A stretch of DNA of 36,255 nucleotides from Minisyncoccia bacterium (lineage in GTDB: Bacteria; Patescibacteriota; Minisyncoccia; Phycocordibacterales; Phycocordibacteraceae), in contig JBHHWQ010000001.1 in NCBI GenBank assembly GCA_046756605.1, positions 1 to 36,255 on the forward strand, read 5' to 3'. The notes under the pieces were generated by a model. That model made no database searches and was not told the DNA's origin. It worked only from the letters and a program-made list of their open reading frames with translations. Both the position numbers and the translations under genes were made by a program. Positions 8,075-14,989 of this stretch are shown here, piece after piece; position 1 is the first letter of the stretch, and the number at the start of each line of letters is the position of its first letter.

Positions 8075-8815
8075 ATGGTTGCGATTTTCAACACATTCAT
8101 ACACGACCCCATCTACAACGCGTTGGCGTTCCTTGTGGACATTATTCCCAGTGGTGATGTCGGTATCGCCATAATACTCCTGACGCTCGCGGTCAAATTA
8201 ATTCTCTTCCCACTCTCACTCAAAGCAGTTCGAACACAGGCCGCGATGCGCGAAATCGACCCGGAACTCAAGCGCATCCGCGAAGAACATAAAAATAACC
8301 GCGAGGAATCCGCACGCCAGACCATGGCGCTCTTGAAGGAGAAGAAAGTAAACCCACTTGCAAGCGTCTTCCTCGTTCTTATACAACTTCCAGTCATCAT
8401 AGGCCTCTACTTCGTCTTCTTTAATGGCGGGAACGGTATCAATTTTTCAGAAACACTACTATATTCGTTCGTTCCATTCCCCACCGACGCTTCGTTCACA
8501 TTTCTCGGATTCATCGACCTCACAGGAAGAAGTGTGTCGCTTTCTATACTCGTCGCTCTTACCCAGTTCGTAAACGCTCGCATTATGCAGTTACCGGCGC
8601 CTTCTGGAGAGGCCGGAACACTCTCACATGACCTCGGGAAAAGTATGCAGATGCAAATGAAATACGTCTTCCCCATCGTGATGGGGGTCATCGCCTACAT
8701 CATCTCCGCGGCAATCGCACTCTATTTCTTGGTGTCGAACCTCTTCCAGCTTTTCCAGGAGCTCTACGTCAAACGAACGGCCGCTCAGGCATCAGCTCAA
8801 AACACCTCCTCTTGA
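8075..8815 (+). CDS. yidC: Membrane protein insertase YidC (short, Oxa1-like form)
   Basis: 246 aa polytopic protein in the canonical rnpA-yidC position. It has the conserved TM1 region AIILLTLAVKLILFPLSLK followed by the charged coiled loop (MREIDPELKRIREEHKNN). Confidence 0.85.
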   Translation: MVAIFNTFIHDPIYNALAFLVDIIPSGDVGIAIILLTLAVKLILFPLSLKAVRTQAAMREIDPELKRIREEHKNNREESARQTMALLKEKKVNPLASVFLVLIQLPVIIGLYFVFFNGGNGINFSETLLYSFVPFPTDASFTFLGFIDLTGRSVSLSILVALTQFVNARIMQLPAPSGEAGTLSHDLGKSMQMQMKYVFPIVMGVIAYIISAAIALYFLVSNLFQLFQELYVKRTAAQASAQNTSS

Positions 8816-10020
8816 AGCCGCAAAGACCAGAGCGAAAGATCTTTCTTGTTTAAAAAACCGACGTATGCGCCACTTTCGCTCACAAACGGCCTCCACGCGT
8901 CAATAGCCACTCCCACATCCTCGTCTGGGAGCGCAAGCAGGGTCGCGGTGCCGCGCTCCGGCTCGACAAGCCATATATCATCATCAAAAGAAACCGTCCC
9001 TCTGAGCCAGTCGTCCGGATACGCGCCTTCAGGGAATTCTTGCGGCACGCCGCAGACCGCACGTACCGGCGACTCGGAAAGGAATACACACTTGCTTGCG
9101 AGCGTCCCGAGCGGACTCGCGCTTTCCTCGCCGGTTTCGGTATCGAGAAGTATGAGTGCCGGCTCTCCACTTGCAGGGCCAGTGCTTAAAAGCACATATC
9201 GGCCGCTCGGAGAGACGAGCGCCATCATTCCCGGCACGTCGCCCGCGACCCGTCGTAACGCTCCACTGACAACTCGATACAGGAATCCGGGGATTCCGGA
9301 AGACGGTGCCGTATATACATAAAGATTATCATCGCTCTGGAGTGGGATCCATGAGACGACAGGAGAAGAAAGGACCCTCCGTGCACCGGAGCCGTCGGAA
9401 CCCGAAAGCACGACAGAGGAGCCGTCCACACCCTCGTTTACCGTAAGGAGGTTTTCTCCGGCGGCATCCAATACCCCCCGCTCCCATCCGGCGAGGAACG
9501 AACCGGAGAGCGACTGTTCAGCAGTATCACCTTCGAGCGTCGCGTAGAAGTTCTCCCACGCGCCGTCTTTGTCGAGTGAGCGGATGATGAACGCGTCCTT
9601 GTTTGCAAACAACACCTCTTGGATGCCGGGAATAGTGGTGTTCGAGATACGGACGACACTGCGCCCCTCGGCCGGTGTGTCGTACACGTGGCCAGTCCTG
9701 CGTTCGATGAAGCGAATGACCGTTTCGTCCGCTTCGTTTTCATAGAAGAAGCCGCCTGATGACGGCGTCTCCGTCACCTGCCGTAAGTCGGGAACCGGGC
9801 GAGTGTCGACTAACTCGTCTCCAGAATCACCTGGCCCGCCTTCTGCCGGCACACGGTCTCCACCGCCGGAGTTGAACGGGAACAAAGAACCAAATAGCCC
9901 TTGGTTGCCGCCGGTGTCCCCCTGTGGCTCGCTAGTGCCGGGCACGAACACAAACACGAAGAACGCGACGATGGCGACCAAGATGAGTGCGATAAAAGAA
10001 AGGATGAATGTCCGTTGCAT
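8797..10020 (-). CDS. Hypothetical N-terminally membrane-anchored extracytoplasmic protein, beta-rich (possibly propeller-like)
   Basis: 407 aa with an N-terminal TM (FILSFIALILVAIVAFFVFVFV) and a G/P-rich linker. It has SP(S/D)GRYVLLS-type strands reminiscent of PD40/TolB-like repeats. It is the last gene of the T4SS-like operon and overlaps the yidC 3' end by 19 nt (convergent). Confidence 0.7.
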   Translation of the reverse strand: MQRTFILSFIALILVAIVAFFVFVFVPGTSEPQGDTGGNQGLFGSLFPFNSGGGDRVPAEGGPGDSGDELVDTRPVPDLRQVTETPSSGGFFYENEADETVIRFIERRTGHVYDTPAEGRSVVRISNTTIPGIQEVLFANKDAFIIRSLDKDGAWENFYATLEGDTAEQSLSGSFLAGWERGVLDAAGENLLTVNEGVDGSSVVLSGSDGSGARRVLSSPVVSWIPLQSDDNLYVYTAPSSGIPGFLYRVVSGALRRVAGDVPGMMALVSPSGRYVLLSTGPASGEPALILLDTETGEESASPLGTLASKCVFLSESPVRAVCGVPQEFPEGAYPDDWLRGTVSFDDDIWLVEPERGTATLLALPDEDVGVAIDAWRPFVSESGAYVGFLNKKDLSLWSLRLQEEVF

Positions 10021-10023
10021 ATA

Positions 10024-10989
10024 TCAGAAAGTAAGGAGAAAGTTTTGTGTTGCTCGCTCGAACAGAAGCTGGGCGTGTTCAAGCGCAAAGGCGACGTAGA
10101 AGCGACCGCCCCCCTCTCCTTCACGCCGGAGCGTGAGCTCACGCACCGTCCGTCCGGTTTCCTCTACCGGGTTGCCGTCGATGCTCCAGGCGTAGTCGGG
10201 TCCGGAAAGGTCGTTCACGAAGAACGGGTGCGCGACGAAGGTTATCTCGTCCTCGGCAAGCCGGACCTCGTCTCCAACACCGCGCTCGGTGCGGAGCCCG
10301 AAGAGTGGCGCGCGTTCGTACACCGCGATCACCGGCCGCACCGGCTCGACGGTCACGTTGTTTTCGGCACGCACCGCACCGTCCGTGGTTTCAACGACAA
10401 CCGAGACCGTGAATGGATTCTCAAACTGCGGCGTCGTGAGTGTTATCGTCCGGAGTCCGTAGCCGAAGTGTTCGGGTGTGGCGGAATGGTTCACATACCA
10501 GCTATACACAAGGTTGGCCGGCGGCACCCGTACACCACCTTGTATGATTTCCGGCACGGCTGTAAATGTCGCCGTGCCTGAGCCGTTCATGAGCGGACGC
10601 CCCAGGTACCACGGCGGAACGTACGTATCGCCCTCCCAGACGATATCGACCGAAGCGGGACGGATGGTCACAGAATCTTCTGCCGAGACGCCGTTTCCGG
10701 AGACCGAAACAGACACCGTTGTTGCCGAGCCGGCGTTTCCCACACCGGCGGTTATCGCTTCCACCCCGACACCCTGGTCGACCACCGCGCCGTTCACCCG
10801 CCAGACAAACATTGCCCCACCGGCCGCGGACACATTTTCAGCGCGCACGGTAACCGTGCTCCCCGGCGCGGGATTTGCCGGAATCACACGGAGAGTGAGC
10901 GCGGTTTCCAGAACCGGTATCTCTACCGCGAGTGCGGATACCGGAGAGAGAACAAGTAGTATGGCAAGCACCCCTTTCAGCATAGTCAT
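10024..10989 (-). CDS. Hypothetical secreted beta-rich protein
   Basis: 321 aa with a signal peptide (MTMLKGVLAILLVLSPVSALA/VE). The composition is V/T/G-rich and Ig-like. It lies 3 nt from the next gene and 11 nt after the VirB4-like gene. Confidence 0.7.
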   Translation of the reverse strand: MTMLKGVLAILLVLSPVSALAVEIPVLETALTLRVIPANPAPGSTVTVRAENVSAAGGAMFVWRVNGAVVDQGVGVEAITAGVGNAGSATTVSVSVSGNGVSAEDSVTIRPASVDIVWEGDTYVPPWYLGRPLMNGSGTATFTAVPEIIQGGVRVPPANLVYSWYVNHSATPEHFGYGLRTITLTTPQFENPFTVSVVVETTDGAVRAENNVTVEPVRPVIAVYERAPLFGLRTERGVGDEVRLAEDEITFVAHPFFVNDLSGPDYAWSIDGNPVEETGRTVRELTLRREGEGGGRFYVAFALEHAQLLFERATQNFLLTF

Positions 10990-11000
10990 AGTATACCGGC

Positions 11001-12815
11001 TTATCCGGCGCCTCCTTCGCGGGCCTGTTCCTTGATGGCGAGAATCTGTGACGGGTCGGACGTGATGATCTGGTCTTCGGTATACGACGCGATAACCTTG
11101 ATGGCGACATGCTTCAGGCCTGCAAAGAAGATGCCCTCGCCGATGTCGGACTCGAGGAGCAGGAACTTTTCCTCGTCGGTCAGGTTAAATGTTTTCTGTA
11201 CGTTGTCGATGACGGAAGGCGACTGCTTGAGGAGGAGCTGTATTGAGGAGTTCGAGATCATCGGCAGGCCGTAGGGGCTCTTCAGGAAGTCGTCCACGTC
11301 CTGCGTGATGGTGGCGAGTCCCAGGAAATACTTCCTGCCGCGCTTCGCCATACCATAGAGGAATGACGCCGTGTCTTCCGCCTTCATCATCCACCACGCC
11401 TCATCGATGATGAGGAGGCGTTTCTTAAGCTCCCGCCGGACCGCGTTCCAGATGTAGTGGGTAACGATATACATGGCGACGGGCTTCAGCTCGTCTTCCA
11501 TGTCGCGCACAGAGAATGCCACGAACTTTTTATTGATATCCACATTGGTCGGGCGGTTGATGAAGCCGGCCCACGTCCCCTTCGTGTACTTGCTCAAGCG
11601 CTGGACCAGGGATTCCGAACCCTCCATACCAGAGAGAACCAGCTCGAAGTCAGACAGCAAGGGCGGCTCCATGTTCGTAAAATCTGCCTCGCCGGTGATG
11701 TCCTTCAAGGCGTACGTTTCTGTGATAGCCCGATCGATGATGGCGTCTTCCTCAGGCGTGAGGCCTCCGAGCATGATGCGGAACAAGCCCACCAAGGTTA
11801 CGATGTTGCCGCGAAGGACATCCGACGGCGACTCGTCCTCGCGCGGCGGCGGCAGGTCGAACGGGTTGATGTGGTGCTCGCTTGAGAGAGAGATGGAGAA
11901 AAACCTGCCGCCGACCGCGTTCGCCAGGTACTCGTACTCGTTCTCCGGGTCGATAACGATGACTTCCGTGTCAAACATCAGCGAGCGGAGTATCTCAAGT
12001 TTGGTCGCGTAGCTCTTACCGGAGCCGGACTTGGCGAATGTGACGGAGTTGTAGTTTTCAAGCGAAAAGCGGTCGAAGAGTATGAGTGAAGCATTGTGCC
12101 GGTTGATGCCGTAGAGGATGCCGCGGTCTGAGGTAAGGTCGAATGAGATAAACGGAAAAAGCGACGAGAGGGGCGAGGAGTTTAGTTTTGAGTGGACACC
12201 TAAGAGGTCTTTACCCGTCGGGATGACGCTCTTGAACCCCTGCTCCTGCTGGAACAGCGCCGGCTTCACATAAACGAGCTTCGCGTCGAGGATTGACCGT
12301 ATCTCGGCCTCGGCCTTGTCGAGTTCATCCGAGTCGTCGCCGTAGACGGTGATGTAGAGCCCCACATCGAAGATGCGCTCCTGCGCTTGCTGGAGCTTGT
12401 CGCGGAGCTCTTCAATGTCGCGATAGGCGGTGTCGAGAACTGGGTCGCGCACGAGCCCCTTCTCCTCGCGTGCGATGACCTGGCTCTGGACCTCCGCTAC
12501 CTTCTTCTGGAACTTGCGAAGGACCGCTGCGGTGTCGATAGGATGCACGTAAATCGCGACATCGAACACCTTGTCCAGGTTGATAATTGGCGAAAACCAT
12601 GAATCAGAGAGGAAGCGCGGATAGGAGATGACGTAGAAGGTGCGCGCGAGCTTATCGCCCAAGTTCATCTCCCGCGGCGTGATTTTTAGCGCCGACGGCG
12701 CGATGATGTCGGCAAAGTCAAGTTTTGCCGCCTCGTAAATATCCTTCGGCAGGAACGGTGTGAGCTCTGCCTCTGTCTCTTTTTTTCTGCCGCGTATGAA
12801 ATCCAAAAACGCCAT
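11001..12815 (-). CDS. VirB4/TrbE/PrgJ-type type IV secretion ATPase (ATPase-containing portion)
   Basis: 604 aa with Walker A FAKSGSGKSY and Walker B RLLIIDEAWWMM. The N-terminal pattern (ARTFYVISYPRFLSDSWFSPIINL...IYVHPID) is typical of Gram-positive VirB4 homologs. Confidence 0.85.
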   Translation of the reverse strand: MAFLDFIRGRKKETEAELTPFLPKDIYEAAKLDFADIIAPSALKITPREMNLGDKLARTFYVISYPRFLSDSWFSPIINLDKVFDVAIYVHPIDTAAVLRKFQKKVAEVQSQVIAREEKGLVRDPVLDTAYRDIEELRDKLQQAQERIFDVGLYITVYGDDSDELDKAEAEIRSILDAKLVYVKPALFQQEQGFKSVIPTGKDLLGVHSKLNSSPLSSLFPFISFDLTSDRGILYGINRHNASLILFDRFSLENYNSVTFAKSGSGKSYATKLEILRSLMFDTEVIVIDPENEYEYLANAVGGRFFSISLSSEHHINPFDLPPPREDESPSDVLRGNIVTLVGLFRIMLGGLTPEEDAIIDRAITETYALKDITGEADFTNMEPPLLSDFELVLSGMEGSESLVQRLSKYTKGTWAGFINRPTNVDINKKFVAFSVRDMEDELKPVAMYIVTHYIWNAVRRELKKRLLIIDEAWWMMKAEDTASFLYGMAKRGRKYFLGLATITQDVDDFLKSPYGLPMISNSSIQLLLKQSPSVIDNVQKTFNLTDEEKFLLLESDIGEGIFFAGLKHVAIKVIASYTEDQIITSDPSQILAIKEQAREGGAG

Positions 12816-12816
12816 A

Positions 12817-13470
12817 CTATTGTTGATTATCGAGTGTTATCGGCTTCTCAAGCTCCCCCGGGTTGAATTCCTTGTAGAGAAGCTCGATAACTTCTTCCGT
12901 CCCCAACGGCACGGTGCGGACCCCGGTGCGCACGAGCCCCTGCTCAACCACAGCCATCCTTTGCTCAAGTTGGGTGCGGTACTCCTCAAACCCCACATCC
13001 TCCTGCTCCGCTGAGAGTTCGCTCTTCCCCAGGAAGCGTGACGCGAGCGATTTCTTCACATCAAATATCGGTGTTGAGTATGGAACGACCACGAAAAAGT
13101 TTTTCGACATGATGTTCGCGCGCTCGGTCACGGAGCGGACAAACTCGATGTATTCTCTGATCTGGACCTTCATAAGCTCGTCTGTCTGCGCTGTGAGGCG
13201 CTCTTCAAGGAGCGCCACATACGGGCGGATGTCCAAGCGGCGCGACTGCACGAAGAACTGCACCGAGAAGTCGAGCGAGTTAAGGAAGTTCTGGAACTGC
13301 GCGAGGATGGCCTGCTGTTCGTCCTGCGACTTCAAGGCGAAGTTGATACTTGAGGCGAGCATGACGCCCACCAGCGTGTCATCCTTGAGGACGATGACAC
13401 CGCCGCGCACCTCTTTAATGGGAACGAAATCCTGTGCGGCTCTGGTCTTTTCTGTCTTCTTTTCGGCCAT
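12817..13470 (-). CDS. Hypothetical protein resembling the extreme N-terminal segment of Gram-positive VirB4-family proteins
   Basis: 217 aa with no TM and no P-loop. The pattern FVPIKEVRGGVIVLKDDTLVGVMLASSINFALKSQDEQQAILAQFQNFLNSLDFSVQFFVQSRRLD matches, from memory, the start of ~800-aa VirB4/TraE proteins. Its TAG stop lies 1 nt from the ATG of the ATPase gene. Confidence 0.5.
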   Translation of the reverse strand: MAEKKTEKTRAAQDFVPIKEVRGGVIVLKDDTLVGVMLASSINFALKSQDEQQAILAQFQNFLNSLDFSVQFFVQSRRLDIRPYVALLEERLTAQTDELMKVQIREYIEFVRSVTERANIMSKNFFVVVPYSTPIFDVKKSLASRFLGKSELSAEQEDVGFEEYRTQLEQRMAVVEQGLVRTGVRTVPLGTEEVIELLYKEFNPGELEKPITLDNQQ

Positions 13471-13473
13471 GCA

Positions 13474-13905
13474 CTACTTCTGGTTTCTGTCCGAGTAGAT
13501 GGACTCCTTGATGTCCAAACTCCACGCCAGGTCCTTAAGGCGCGAGGCGGTCGCGGCCGGCACATACTTCGCCGGGTCCTCTTTTTCTTTGGCGGATTTC
13601 TGCTCGACCGGTCCTGGTTTAGCGGTGCGCGCCTTGTCCCAGATATAGAGGCGGTTGCGCATGCGATACTCAAGCGCCGCCTGCAAAACCTCGATAAACG
13701 GCCGGTCGTTCACCTTGTAGAAAGCGAGCCCCGCGCCGAGGAGCGCCACCGGTCCGCCGAGGATGACGGCGGCCCAGAGCGGGATAAGAATGGCGAGCGC
13801 AACGAAGAACCCCACGCCGCCGGCGAGATACACGAACTGCGTAACCGTCAACGGACCGAATATCTTGTCTTCAACTTCAATAAACTGCGGCACTTGGAAG
13901 CGCAT
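13474..13905 (-). CDS. PrgI-family (VirB3-like) small membrane protein
   Basis: 143 aa. The N-terminus VPQFIEVEDKIFGPLTVTQFVYLAGG is followed by two TM helices, which is the PrgI-family signature. It sits immediately upstream of the VirB4-like genes. Confidence 0.6.
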   Translation of the reverse strand: MRFQVPQFIEVEDKIFGPLTVTQFVYLAGGVGFFVALAILIPLWAAVILGGPVALLGAGLAFYKVNDRPFIEVLQAALEYRMRNRLYIWDKARTAKPGPVEQKSAKEKEDPAKYVPAATASRLKDLAWSLDIKESIYSDRNQK

Positions 13906-13906
13906 A

Positions 13907-13927
13907 CGCTAGACGCTAGGCGCTAGG
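13907..13927. repeat. Three tandem heptamers CGCTAGA-CGCTAGG-CGCTAGG
   Basis: Read directly from the sequence. It begins 2 nt upstream of the PrgI-like start codon (13905) and is followed by the CTAGGCACTAG repeat. Confidence 0.7.
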
Positions 13928-13930
13928 AAA

Positions 13931-14285
13931 CTAGGCACTAGCTCTCCCAATCATAACATTCAACATGCGCATCACTTCTTCCAATAACGACTCGACCGCG
14001 CCGTAATCGAGCTAAGTTGTTTCTGGCAATCGTTTTGCGATTTCTATTTGGGTCTCTAATTCCCCACCGGAACCAAAGGTGATTCGCAGAAAGCGGGTGA
14101 ATTTCTTGTTAGAGCTCCGCAACTTCCCATCGGCTATGTTTGACGGAATCGAAACCGCCGCATGCCGCATTTGTGAAACCAAACTGAAGCGTTCACTATC
14201 GGGGAATTTTTCAGTCAACACATATACTGCTGTGCTTAGTTCGGATAGACCGTTGCCACACGATTAGATTCTTGTAGTTCTCCAT
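13931..14285 (-). pseudogene. Decayed four-helix-bundle protein gene (23S rRNA intervening-sequence protein family)
   Basis: Hand translation gives MENYKNLIVWQRSI / ELSTAVYVLTEKFPDSERFSLVSQMRHAAVSIPSNIADGKLRSSNKKFTRFLRITFGSGGELETQIEIAKRLPETT * LDYGAVESLLEEVMRMLNVMIGRASA. That requires skipping one extra C near 14243 and reading through an in-frame TAG at 14012-14014. The SIPSNIA(E/D)G and G(S)xxELETQ motifs are the family hallmarks. Confidence 0.75.
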
Positions 14286-14317
14286 GGCTAGCCACTAGTA
14301 GCCCATCTCCCAGCTCC

Positions 14318-14962
14318 CTATTCTAGTGGTTCTCTATACGGGTCAACGCCTGAGCGGTACGGCGCGCCCTGCAACGGCGATTTCTTTTCCGCGTCGTCGT
14401 CGAACGCATCAACCGACACCTGCTCGGGTTTCTCGTTTGTCTTTTTCTCAAGCGCCGCGGCAGGAGCGGGCGGAACCGCCGCGGGCTCTTCCGACGGCCT
14501 TGTTTTTTCTGGCGTAACCGGCGCGCTTGGGGGTGCGGCTGGAACAATTGGCGGCTCTTGTGGCGGCTCTTGTGGTGTGGGTTTCGGCACCGGAGTAGCG
14601 GGAGTGCCCGACGGCGCAGGCGGTGCGGCAGAAGAAGGCGCGGTATCTTTCCCCGCGAGCTTTTGCCTGAAGACCTTGAAAATCTTTTCGTTCACGTCTT
14701 TCAAAACTGCGTCGTATTTGTCGCTATTTTGTTCGAGCGCTTCGCGAAGGAGTTCCGGGAACTCTGAAGCAGAACGCAACTCAAAGAAAACGGATACTAA
14801 AGCGTCAGTCAGTTTGTCAGCTTCATCAAAATGCAATTTATGTGCTTCCCGAATCTGCTCGAAAACTTCATTTAATTCATTAGAAGTAATGTACGACTGC
14901 ACCTGTGTCGGACCGCGGTTATACGCCTCTTGAATGTCTTGTTTCGTTGGGATTGTTATCAT
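14318..14962 (-). CDS. Hypothetical protein with helical N-domain and proline-rich C-terminal half
   Basis: 214 aa with no TM. The C-terminal half is P/A/E-rich (APPAPSGTPATPVPKPTPQEPPQEPPIVPAAPP) and ends in DPYREPLE. It lies within the T4SS-like operon. Confidence 0.7.
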   Translation of the reverse strand: MITIPTKQDIQEAYNRGPTQVQSYITSNELNEVFEQIREAHKLHFDEADKLTDALVSVFFELRSASEFPELLREALEQNSDKYDAVLKDVNEKIFKVFRQKLAGKDTAPSSAAPPAPSGTPATPVPKPTPQEPPQEPPIVPAAPPSAPVTPEKTRPSEEPAAVPPAPAAALEKKTNEKPEQVSVDAFDDDAEKKSPLQGAPYRSGVDPYREPLE

Positions 14963-14989
14963 ACCTATCTATTGCGCTTAATCCTTTTA

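Noticed and set aside
9901-10581. Long ORFs antisense or out of frame to the called genes (e.g. 9901-10581 +, 10478-11035 +, 15258-15905 +, 15347-16084 +, 16956-17807 +, 24286-24930 -, 27936-28625 +, 33264-33899 -).
   Set aside because: These are typical shadow ORFs of high-GC DNA. Their translations are R/S/P/A-rich and low in complexity with no motifs. Each lies fully inside a gene with clear family motifs or a coherent membrane/secreted architecture.
14012-14014. The in-frame TAG in the four-helix-bundle gene as evidence for stop-codon reassignment.
   Set aside because: TAG clearly terminates other genes here (xth at 34065-34067, the 217-aa gene at 12817-12819, pcrA at 20441-20443), and TGA and TAA are also used as stops. 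The same gene also carries a frameshift, so decay is the simpler reading.
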